Assembly (NCBI GenBank): GCA_965223855.1
Contig: CBDCXM010000009.1
Coordinates: 1,472,001-1,536,000 of the forward strand
DNA: 64,000 nucleotides
Direction of reading: 5' to 3'
Source: Candidatus Multivoradales bacterium
GTDB taxonomy: Bacteria > Acidobacteriota > Thermoanaerobaculia > Multivoradales > JAHEKO01
Shown in pieces: positions 27,663-36,255 of the stretch. Within the stretch, counting starts at the first letter, position 1. Each line of letters opens with the position of its first letter. A model generated the notes under the pieces. It was given only the letters and a program-made list of their open reading frames with translations. It had not been told where the DNA came from and did not search any database. A program made the translations under genes and the position numbers.

Positions 27663-29933
27663 CTAGCGACCGCTCGTGGAAGCGAAGCTCGACATCGGCC
27701 TCGGGGCTGTTCGTTGCGGCAGGGCACGACCGGCCGGCACCACCCGGACCGGTGTGCGGACCATCTCGGCCAGCACTTCACCGGGCCGCGGATCGTCGTC
27801 GGAGAGAGCGGTCTGGCCGCCGAGAACGTAGACGTGACCGTCGTCGAACCAGGTGACCGCTCCGATGAGCGGGCGGGGCAGCGCGACGTCGAGCACCCGC
27901 CACCGGTCGGTCTCGATGTCGTAGAGCTGGATCGCCGCCGTCGTGGCACTGCCATGTCCTGCGCCGCCCAGGAGCAGCAGGTGGCGCTCGTCGATCGCGA
28001 CGATCTGATGGCCGACGTGATGGACGGCGATCGGCAGGTCGGCGAGCCGGCTCCAGCGGTCGCTCTCGAAGTCGTAGCGGTGGGCGTAGGGGTGGGCGAT
28101 GTAGGCACCGGGCGCAGCGTCCTCGTCCTCCTCGGCCGCCGTCGCCGCATGGCCGTGCTCACCGCCCACCAGGTAGAGCGAGAGCCCGAGTGGGCCGCGG
28201 AGAGTGACGGAGCCGAAATGATCGCTGGCGACAGGCCTGTCGCGGTGGCGACGCCAGCCGCCGGATCCGCCCGACTCGAGGATCCAGTGCTCGCGGCACG
28301 GCGTCTTGCGGTCCTCGAGGTCGCCGGGGAAGAGGTGGAGTTGCCCACGCCAGTAGGCGAGCGCTCCGCAGTAGCGCGGCACCGGCAGGTCCGGAAGCCG
28401 CGACCACGTGTCGGTGGTGGCGGAGAGCATCCAGCACGATCGCAGTGCACGAGCGTAGCGGGGGCCGCGCTGTCCGGCCACCAGGTAGACGTTGCCCGAG
28501 TCGTCGTGGCAGATCCCGCCGTGAGAGCGGGCGATCTCGGCATCGGTCCCATCCGGGAAGGGCGGTCCCGGGCTCCAGTCGAGGTTGTCCAGGTCGAGCC
28601 ATACGGGCGGCCCGGTGTTGACGTCCCAATAGGTCTGGCCGAAGCCGCCGAAGAGCAGCAACCGTCGGCCCACCCGGCAGGCGTGAGCCTCGATGTGAGG
28701 TGCCGGGGAGCCCTTGCCGGTCCGTTCCCACTTGCCGATCTCGACTACCGGTCGCTTCCTCACGCGCTCGAGGACCTCGAGCCACTCCCTCGCCTGGCGG
28801 CGTTCGGTGAAGCTGCGACGGACCCGCCGCAGCCCCGCCTCGCCGAACGACCGCGCCAGCTCGGGGTGGCTCCGCAGATAGTCCATCTGGTCGACCACGG
28901 TAGCGAGGTCCTCCGTCCCGTGAAGCCAGCCGGTCACGCGATGGAGGACGATCTCGACCGTGCCGCCGAGGTCGGTGCCTAGGACCGGCAGGCCGTAGGC
29001 CATCGCCTCGATCGACACCCGGCCGAACGCTTCACCCGGCGGGAGGGAGTGCACCACGAGAAGGTCGGCCGCCGCATAGTGATCACCGACTTCAGCCGTC
29101 GGTGGCTCGAAGTGAACCAGCTCCCGCCGACGCTCCGGCCACGCTTCGAGGTCGGAGCGGATCGTCGCCGCCTCGCCGACGTCGTGGGCGCCGACGAGCA
29201 CCAGATGGGGAGGGGAGGGCTCGTCCTCTCCCAGACGCTCGAGCCATCGTCCGAAAGCCCGGGTGACGAGGCGACTCCCCTTGTGCGGCAGCACGCCCAC
29301 GACCAGCACCACGAAGGCGTCGCGGGGGATGCCGAGTCGGGTACGGGTGCGGCGACGCGGCGCTCCGGCGCGAACCCGAGGCTCGAGGCTCGACTCCTGA
29401 GCTCGGGCATCGACCGCCGCGCTGAGGAAGTCGTCGGTGAGACCGGGGTGGATCACCTCCCATGCGGAGTCGAGGGGACGGTCGTGGGGCGTCCACGCTT
29501 CGCGGCAGACGTGCGAATCGAAGACCGCTTGCCCGGCCCGCAGCACCTTAGCCCGAGCCTCCGGCGAGACGTACGGTGCTCCCGCTTCGTGCAGCCAGAA
29601 GATCGTCCGGGCGGCCAGCCGGCGGGCCAGCGCATCGCCGGGCGCGATCAACTCCTCGAACCAGGGACGGGGCAACGAGGTGTTGACCACGATCACGTCG
29701 TAGCCCTCGTCGATCGCCCGCCGGTCCGACGGATCGGGTAGCTCCAGTCGCTCGATCCCGTGTCGGGCGAAGAACGCCCCGAAATGGGGATGCTCGTCGA
29801 TCCCCTCGTAGGCGGCGAGCGACACCCGCCATCCTTCGCGGCGCCACAGAGCCGCGACCTCGGCACACAGCAGTGGCGCACCGGAGAGAGACAGATCGTG
29901 GCTGATCAGCAGGACGCGCAGCGGATCGGGCAT
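27663..29933 (-). CDS. GT4 (GT-B) glycosyltransferase fused to a Kelch-repeat beta-propeller
   Basis: SHDLSLSGAP, EAFGRVSIEAMAYGLPV, GGTVEIV; C-terminal Kelch repeats (LLFGG, YLVGG, YVLGG with W spacing). Confidence 0.85.
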   Translation of the reverse strand: MPDPLRVLLISHDLSLSGAPLLCAEVAALWRREGWRVSLAAYEGIDEHPHFGAFFARHGIERLELPDPSDRRAIDEGYDVIVVNTSLPRPWFEELIAPGDALARRLAARTIFWLHEAGAPYVSPEARAKVLRAGQAVFDSHVCREAWTPHDRPLDSAWEVIHPGLTDDFLSAAVDARAQESSLEPRVRAGAPRRRTRTRLGIPRDAFVVLVVGVLPHKGSRLVTRAFGRWLERLGEDEPSPPHLVLVGAHDVGEAATIRSDLEAWPERRRELVHFEPPTAEVGDHYAAADLLVVHSLPPGEAFGRVSIEAMAYGLPVLGTDLGGTVEIVLHRVTGWLHGTEDLATVVDQMDYLRSHPELARSFGEAGLRRVRRSFTERRQAREWLEVLERVRKRPVVEIGKWERTGKGSPAPHIEAHACRVGRRLLLFGGFGQTYWDVNTGPPVWLDLDNLDWSPGPPFPDGTDAEIARSHGGICHDDSGNVYLVAGQRGPRYARALRSCWMLSATTDTWSRLPDLPVPRYCGALAYWRGQLHLFPGDLEDRKTPCREHWILESGGSGGWRRHRDRPVASDHFGSVTLRGPLGLSLYLVGGEHGHAATAAEEDEDAAPGAYIAHPYAHRYDFESDRWSRLADLPIAVHHVGHQIVAIDERHLLLLGGAGHGSATTAAIQLYDIETDRWRVLDVALPRPLIGAVTWFDDGHVYVLGGQTALSDDDPRPGEVLAEMVRTPVRVVPAGRALPQRTAPRPMSSFASTSGR

Positions 29934-30160
29934 TCGCGGCCCATTCTTGCGCAGCGCGAGCCGCCCGGCATCGACTGGGTGTGGATCGGCACTGCCGGTC
30001 CGGCCTTTCGAGCTCCACAGCCCACGCTGGATCCCCGGGATGCCCCCCAACGCGGGGAAGTCGAGCGACGTCGGGTCTCGCGGTGCGACGAGGCGGGCGA
30101 ACCGTCGTATCCTCTGCTCCGTCCTGAGGTGCCACGATGGACGCCCGCGGAGATCTCATC

Positions 30161-31333
30161 ATGCCTGCGAAGCCGTCACCAGTCAGTGCCAGACCGCCCA
30201 GTGCCAGACCGCCCAGTGACAGACTGGCCAGTGACAGACTGGCCAGTGACAGACTGGCCAGTGCCAGCGCCGTGAGCACACTGGTGCTCGTTTCCTTTCT
30301 CGCGGTCACGGGAGTTTCCGCGCAGGGCAATGCCTATGGCATCAACGTCCACGCGCCGGCGGGCTCCCAGCTCAACTTCCTCTTCGACAAGGTCGAGGCC
30401 GCCGGCATCGGCTGGGTGCGGATCGACCTGGTCTGGGCGAACGTCGAGGCACAGGAGGACGTCTACAACTGGGCGCTCTACGACGCGCTGGTCGCAGCAG
30501 CCCAGGCTCGCGGTCTCAAGATCCTGGCGATCGTCGCCTACACACCCGGCTGGGCGACCGACGGTCCGCCCGTCGCCGGAGTGCCGCGCGACGTCACCGA
30601 CTGGGAGGAGTTCTGCTTCCTGGCGGCGGATCGCTACGCCGACACGATCCATGCCTGGGAGATCTGGAACGAGCCCAACCTCGACCACTTCTGGGACGGC
30701 ACCCGCAGTGAGTACATCAACCTGATCCTGCGGCCCGGCACCGACGCCATCCGCGCGGCCGATCCCGACGCCCAGGTCGGCGGCCCCGGCCTGGCGCACC
30801 TCGTCTCCGGCGACCAGGACTGGTATCGCTGGTTGCTGGAGATCCTGCAGCAGGCCGGGGACAGGTTCGACTTCGCCACCCATCACGCCTACGACAACGA
30901 CGGTCGAGTGGACGTCACCGAGAAGCTGAACGAGGACACCCTGTTCGGCGACGACCCCGATCTGTGGGACCTCGTGCCGCCGTCGACTCGTGAGGTGCTG
31001 ATCGAGGCCGGTTGGTTTCCGCGCCCGGTCTGGCTGACCGAGACCGGCTGGGCGACCGACCAGGTCACCGAGGCACAGCAGGCTGTCTACTACGGCGACT
31101 TCCTGTCCCGGTGGTTCGTCGGCGACCCCGGCCACGACTGGATCGACAGGATCTTCTTCTACGTGATCCAGGACTTCACGACTCCCGGGATCCCGCAGTG
31201 GGGGGTGCTGCGCACCGACGGCAGCGAGAAGCCCGCCTACGTCGTCTACCGCGACTTCATCGGCGGCGACACGATCTTCCAGGACGGCTTCGAGTCCGGC
31301 AACACGGCGGCCTGGTCGGCGACGGTGCCTTAG
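30161..31333 (+). CDS. Secreted clan GH-A glycoside hydrolase (GH5/GH39-like) with C-terminal DGFESG tail
   Basis: WEIWNEPN acid/base, VWLTETGW nucleophile; signal peptide; ends IFQDGFESGNTAAWSATVP. Confidence 0.88.
   Translation: MPAKPSPVSARPPSARPPSDRLASDRLASDRLASASAVSTLVLVSFLAVTGVSAQGNAYGINVHAPAGSQLNFLFDKVEAAGIGWVRIDLVWANVEAQEDVYNWALYDALVAAAQARGLKILAIVAYTPGWATDGPPVAGVPRDVTDWEEFCFLAADRYADTIHAWEIWNEPNLDHFWDGTRSEYINLILRPGTDAIRAADPDAQVGGPGLAHLVSGDQDWYRWLLEILQQAGDRFDFATHHAYDNDGRVDVTEKLNEDTLFGDDPDLWDLVPPSTREVLIEAGWFPRPVWLTETGWATDQVTEAQQAVYYGDFLSRWFVGDPGHDWIDRIFFYVIQDFTTPGIPQWGVLRTDGSEKPAYVVYRDFIGGDTIFQDGFESGNTAAWSATVP
30184..30267 (+). repeat. 15-bp tandem repeat, about 5.6 copies
   Basis: CAGTGCCAGACCGCC x2, CAGTGACAGACTGGC x3, then partial CAGTGCCAG; encodes SARPP/SDRLA. 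Confidence 0.95.
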
Positions 31334-31383
31334 CGGCGGCTGCCTTTCTCACCCTGAATCCCTGGGATGCCATCAGGCGAACG

Positions 31384-32991
31384 TCAGCCTGCGAGCCACT
31401 CCCGGCAGCGCGACTGCTGGGAGTCCTCACCCTCGGCGGGGTAGCCGTCGCACGCTGAGCTCACCAGTTGTCGCACGCTCTCGACGACGGCGTCGTGTTC
31501 GCCGTCCTCGTTCCACGCCCCGAAGGCGCGCTCGAGCTGCCCGAGCCGCAGGCTGTTGCCCAGGGCGAAGGCGTCGCCGTGGGTCAGGAGCTCTCCCAAT
31601 ACCTCGCGCGCCGCCGCCTCGATCGTCTCCGGGCGCTCGGGAGTGAGCTCCATGAGTTGCCGCAGATAGTTGGATCCCCACCGGAATCGGGTGTAGCGGC
31701 CGTTGGCCCCCTCCCACGCCTGGCGGTAGAGGTCGATCGCTTCGTCGTTCTCGCCGGCCTCCTTCTTGAGGCTCGCCAGCCAGGACATGAAGTAGTACGG
31801 GGCTTCGGTGCCGGCGAGGTTGTCGGCGAGGAGTTGCTGTGCCTCCTCCGGGAGGCCCGCATCGTCGAGCACCGCTGCCGCCGTGTTGAGGAGCGTCTGC
31901 ATCTCGCCGCCGTCCTTGGACGCACCGACGGCCCAGGCGACCCGTTCCCGCACGTGGTCGACCAGCGCCGCGGGCAGCGGTGAGTCCTCTTCCTCCGCTG
32001 CCAGACGAGCGAGGTCCATCCGGGTGGAGACGGCGGTCAGGCGGTCGTCGGTCGACAGTTCTTCGTCGGCCTCGAGGCGCTGCGCCGCCTGCTCCCAGGC
32101 CTCGATCAACGCCGTCCGCTCGGCCCCCGGTTCCGGCGTCAGCAGCGAGACGACGCTCGTCGCCCGATAGGTGACGTCGAAGACGTTCTCGCGGCACAGG
32201 TCCGGGTCTGCGAGCATCGCCAGCAGCGCCGGCGTCACCTCCTCGCGCGCGGCATCGTCGAGCACCGGGTCGTCTCCCTCTTCGGCGCCGCGGGCCAGAC
32301 GCGCCGCCTCGCCGAGGTAGAGACCGAGGAACCGTGCCCGGGGACCCGCCAGCTCGGCGGGCGTCTCACGCCACAACCGCGCGAAGGTGCCGAGGCGCGC
32401 CTCTTCTTCGAGCGCGATCTGACTGTCCTGACCCCAGGAGTAGTAGGCCAGCAGGTCGAGGTCGCCCGGGTCGGAAGCAGCGGGGCCGGCGGCGAGTACG
32501 CTCTCCAGGATCTCACTCACCGGGCGGTCGAGCCGCAGCGCGCGCTCCATCACCGCGGCGTAGCGCGACACCGGCACGTCGGAGGGCATCCGCAGCAGCT
32601 CCTCCCCCTCGGCGCTGTAGACCATCACGGTGGGGTAGCCCTGGACGTCGAGCTGCTCGCCCAGCACCTGGGCACCCTCCTCGTCGCCGTCGAGATAGAC
32701 GGCGATGAAGTCGCGCGAGCGCTCCACGAAGTCGGGCTGGGAGAAGATCTTGTCCTTGAGGTAGTGGCAAGGCGGGCACCACTCCGCGCCCCAGTAAAGG
32801 AAGAGCGGCTTGCCGACCTCCTTCGCCAGGGCGAAGGCCTCGTCCGCGCTGCCCTCGAACCAGGCGACGCCGGGAGCTTCGACCGCGGGTTCGGTAGCCG
32901 CCGACTCCGACGGCTGCGATCGCCCGCAGCCGTCGAGGGCGAGGGCGAGAGTGGAGACGACGAAAGCGACCTGCCAGGTGGATCTGCTCAT
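31384..32991 (-). CDS. Thioredoxin-fold lipoprotein with helical (TPR-like) C-terminus
   Basis: WGAEWCPPC, GYPT cis-Pro loop; lipobox-like LDGC; GAGG SD. Confidence 0.85.
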   Translation of the reverse strand: MSRSTWQVAFVVSTLALALDGCGRSQPSESAATEPAVEAPGVAWFEGSADEAFALAKEVGKPLFLYWGAEWCPPCHYLKDKIFSQPDFVERSRDFIAVYLDGDEEGAQVLGEQLDVQGYPTVMVYSAEGEELLRMPSDVPVSRYAAVMERALRLDRPVSEILESVLAAGPAASDPGDLDLLAYYSWGQDSQIALEEEARLGTFARLWRETPAELAGPRARFLGLYLGEAARLARGAEEGDDPVLDDAAREEVTPALLAMLADPDLCRENVFDVTYRATSVVSLLTPEPGAERTALIEAWEQAAQRLEADEELSTDDRLTAVSTRMDLARLAAEEEDSPLPAALVDHVRERVAWAVGASKDGGEMQTLLNTAAAVLDDAGLPEEAQQLLADNLAGTEAPYYFMSWLASLKKEAGENDEAIDLYRQAWEGANGRYTRFRWGSNYLRQLMELTPERPETIEAAAREVLGELLTHGDAFALGNSLRLGQLERAFGAWNEDGEHDAVVESVRQLVSSACDGYPAEGEDSQQSRCREWLAG

Positions 32992-33165
32992 GGCGTACCT
33001 CTTGTCGGGAGTGCCGGCGGGTCGGCCCGGCCGGTCCTGCGATTCTAGTGGTCTCTCCAACAGCTACGGATTCGCTGCTCGAGAGTTCCGCGGAGGCTCG
33101 CTGCCACGAGGAGTCCCAGGCCGGTCGCGGGGGCGGTGATAGCTTCCCCTGGTGAGGTCGCAACG

Positions 33166-34359
33166 GTGAGGTGGAGGATCGCAGCGAAGTGGTCCGGGGC
33201 CAGGAGGAACGCGACGGTGACCCTGATCGCGGCGCTCGCGCTCGGGGCGGGCCAAGTCTCCGCCCAGACGGCTTGCTCCGACATCGAGGGCCTCAAGTTC
33301 GTCGAGGTCGATCTGGCCGACGGTATCGACCCGGTCGCCGCGCCCGGCGGCAGCACCGCAGGGCCGCAGGGGACCTGGACGGTCCAGTGCCCGGATGGGG
33401 CCTCGCCCTGTCCGTTCCCGTCCGGCTCACTCTTCCAGCCGCTCTACAACGGTGAGCATCTGGTCCAGTACACCCCGTCGACCGCTGCGACCGGCGGCTG
33501 CAGCTACAGCCTCCACGTCGGGCCACCGGGTCTTCAGGTGGAGCTGGTCTGGGAGTGGGACTCCGCGCTCGGCCCCGACACGGTCGATCTCGACCTTCAC
33601 CTTCATCGGCCGTCGAGCACCGCGCCCTGGGGCGGCAACAGCGGCACTCCGGACGACTGTGCCTGGGACAACTGCAAGGCGGCGAGCTTCGACCCCGGCG
33701 CACCGAACCCGATCGCTCCCGACTGGTTCGACGGCACCGCGCCGCCCGAGCCGGTCGACTGGTACGAGTCGCCGGTGTTCGAGGAGAACTCCTGCTACTT
33801 CATGCCGCAGGACGGCACGGTTTGGGCGTCCTACGGCCTCGGCTGCCACAACCCTCGGCTATCGCTCGACAACATCTCCTGCGACCCGGTCGAAACCGAC
33901 CCGGCGGACATCGAGTACTGTCATCCCGAGACCACCAACATCGACTACATGCCGCACCACCGCTGGACCCGCATCGGCGTGCACTACTTCAGTGCCGCAG
34001 GCCAGAGCTACGACGTGCATCCGAAGGTTCGGATCTACTGCGGCCGCCGGCTCTTGCTGACCCTCGGTGACGCGACGGCCGGCCCGCCCGGATACTCGCA
34101 GGAGGTGACCTTCACCCCGGCCGACGGAGGCGACATGTTCTGGCTCGTCGCCGACGTCGTCTTCCCGGCGGACCCGGGACCGGGAGAGCCCGCCTGCGAG
34201 ATCGCCCCGCTCTACGCCGACGCCAACCGTGCGCCCTACTACAGCACCGTCACCGAGGTGCAGCAGACCCTCGGACCTCCGTACCCGGGTGCGCAGCCGG
34301 TCTTCAGCGACGGCTTCGAGTCCGGGGACCTGTCGGCGTGGTCGACCGTCTTGCCCTGA
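33166..34359 (+). CDS. Secreted Cys-rich protein (DLDLH motif, YfaP/DUF2135-like) with C-terminal DGFESG tail
   Basis: Signal peptide (VSA-Q); VDLDLHL, NPRLSLDN, PETTNI; ends VFSDGFESGDLSAWSTVLP; start could be 33136 or 33166. Confidence 0.78.
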   Translation: MRWRIAAKWSGARRNATVTLIAALALGAGQVSAQTACSDIEGLKFVEVDLADGIDPVAAPGGSTAGPQGTWTVQCPDGASPCPFPSGSLFQPLYNGEHLVQYTPSTAATGGCSYSLHVGPPGLQVELVWEWDSALGPDTVDLDLHLHRPSSTAPWGGNSGTPDDCAWDNCKAASFDPGAPNPIAPDWFDGTAPPEPVDWYESPVFEENSCYFMPQDGTVWASYGLGCHNPRLSLDNISCDPVETDPADIEYCHPETTNIDYMPHHRWTRIGVHYFSAAGQSYDVHPKVRIYCGRRLLLTLGDATAGPPGYSQEVTFTPADGGDMFWLVADVVFPADPGPGEPACEIAPLYADANRAPYYSTVTEVQQTLGPPYPGAQPVFSDGFESGDLSAWSTVLP

Positions 34360-34594
34360 GGTCGTGCGGGACGCTGAGCCGTGGCCGATTCGTGAGGGAC
34401 GGACCTTGCGAGCGCCTACACCAGCGAGGCGGGACTCGAAGCCCGTGCCAGTCCCCCCGGGTTCCGTGCTCTAATCCGTCCAGCATCCAACGAGGTCGAG
34501 GAGGGTTCGTCCACGCGGAGTCGCCGCGGGCGAGAAGCGTTGCGGGAGGTTGCTCCCGCGCGGCCCTGCGACCTGACAATCAGGAGGGAAGAGC

Positions 34595-35101
34595 ATGACC
34601 GCATCTACATCCGGGAGCCCCAGTCGCGCCGCGTTTCTCGCCGCGGCGTTGCTTGCGCTCGTCGCAGGAAACGCCTTCGCCGAGACCGCGGAGAGCGGCG
34701 TGGCGGGGGAGATCAAGGCGCTGATCAAGGCGGACAACGAGTACGTGAAGGCGAATCTCAAGGATCGGGAGGGCGGCGTCTCGGCAGAGGGCTCGCTCGA
34801 GTTCTGGTCGAGCGGGGGCCTCATGCAGTGGTCCGCCCCCGACGACAACCTGACGGAGTACGACCGGTTCACCATCACGCCCAAGCACATCAAGGTCATC
34901 GAGCTGCCGGGCGGGGAGGCCGCGGTGGCGATGTACTACTCCGAGGGCACGATGGCTCGCAAGGGGGCGGCGGCGGTGACCAACTACTTCACCCGCGTCA
35001 CCCAGGTGTTCGTCAAGGAGAACGGCGAGTGGGTGAGCCGGGCAGCTCACTGGTCGCCGGTCCAGGGCGGCTCGGGCACCAACCAGACCGCCGTAGATTG
35101 A
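34595..35101 (+). CDS. Secreted NTF2-like/DUF4440 protein
   Basis: AGGAGG SD; signal peptide; RVTQVFVKENGEW..AAHWS. Confidence 0.8.
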   Translation: MTASTSGSPSRAAFLAAALLALVAGNAFAETAESGVAGEIKALIKADNEYVKANLKDREGGVSAEGSLEFWSSGGLMQWSAPDDNLTEYDRFTITPKHIKVIELPGGEAAVAMYYSEGTMARKGAAAVTNYFTRVTQVFVKENGEWVSRAAHWSPVQGGSGTNQTAVD

Positions 35102-35181
35102 TTCTGGGGCAGTTCCGGTGCCGGCCAGTGCCGCCATCAGGCGACGCTGCGCTTCGGCACCGGGCTGTCGCCCCGCCTCGT

Positions 35182-36087
35182 TCAGCCGTCCTTGAGGAAC
35201 GTCCCCCGGTCGAGCTCCTCGTACGCCTCCTGGAGTTCGGCCTGGGTGTTCATGACGATCGGCCCGTACCAGGCGACAGGCTCCCTCAGCGGCCGGCCGG
35301 AGACGAGGAGGAAGCGGATCCCCTCCTCGCCAGCCTCGACGGTCACTTCGTCGCCACGGTCGAAGAGGACCAGCGATCGGTTGTCGGCCTCGGCCGAGGG
35401 TGCCGCGTCAGCCCAGCCGACCCCTTCGGTGGGGACGGCGAGTGGGTCCGAGGCGTTGCAGAACCGCCCGCTGCCCGCGAAGACGTAGGCGAAGGCGTGG
35501 CTCGTGGTCTCGACCGGCAGGGTCCGGCGCGTGCCCGGCGGCACCGAGACGTCGACGTAGACCGGGTCGGCGGTGATGCCGTCCACGGGCCCGGTCTGCC
35601 CCCAGAAGGTTCCGCAGACGATCCGGGCGCGGGTGCCGTCATCTTCCGTCACCTCCGGGATGTCGGCGCTCGCGACCTCCTGATAGCGCGGTGGAGTCAT
35701 CTTGAGCGACGACGGCAGGTTCGCCCACAGCTGGAAGCCGTGCATCCGGCCCCGGTCGTCGCCGCGCGGCATCTCCTGATGGAGGATGCCGCTGCCGGCG
35801 GTCATCCACTGGATGTCTCCCGCCTCAATCGCACCCCGGTTGCCCAGGCTGTCGCCATGCTCGACCGAGCCTGCCAGCACGTAGGTGATTGTCTCGATTC
35901 CCCGGTGCGGGTGCCAGGGGAAGCCGGCGAGATAGTCCTCCGGGCGCTCGTTGCGGAAGTCGTCGAAGAGCAGGAACGGATCGAAGTCCGAGGTGTTGCC
36001 GAAGCCGAAGGCGCGGTCGAGGCGGACACCCGCCCCTTCCATGGTGGGCTTTGCCTTGACGAGACGCTTGACCGGACGGATCGACAT
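35182..36087 (-). CDS. Pirin family protein
   Basis: DPFLLFD, GFPWHPHRGIETITY, QWMTAGSGILHQE, GPIVMNT. Confidence 0.95.
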   Translation of the reverse strand: MSIRPVKRLVKAKPTMEGAGVRLDRAFGFGNTSDFDPFLLFDDFRNERPEDYLAGFPWHPHRGIETITYVLAGSVEHGDSLGNRGAIEAGDIQWMTAGSGILHQEMPRGDDRGRMHGFQLWANLPSSLKMTPPRYQEVASADIPEVTEDDGTRARIVCGTFWGQTGPVDGITADPVYVDVSVPPGTRRTLPVETTSHAFAYVFAGSGRFCNASDPLAVPTEGVGWADAAPSAEADNRSLVLFDRGDEVTVEAGEEGIRFLLVSGRPLREPVAWYGPIVMNTQAELQEAYEELDRGTFLKDG

Positions 36088-36255
36088 CGTGGGCCCAGCC
36101 GACTGGCGGGACTGTCGTGCAAGGACTCTATCCAATGGCACAGACTCGTCGGACCGAGTTGCCGTGTCTCCGGGACCCGGATCGCGCTTGCCGCCGGTTG
36201 CGCCGGATAGACTTCCGGCACTCTCGGATGAAAGGCAGGCCATGAACGAACGGCG

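Noticed and set aside
30184-30267. Possible CRISPR array
   Set aside because: Contiguous 15-bp units with no spacers, in-frame within a gene, and no cas genes
34360-34594. Structured leader (GCGGGAG/CTCCCGC hairpin; CCTGA/TCAGG stem over the SD) as a riboswitch
   Set aside because: No match to any riboswitch consensus I can recognise; stems are short
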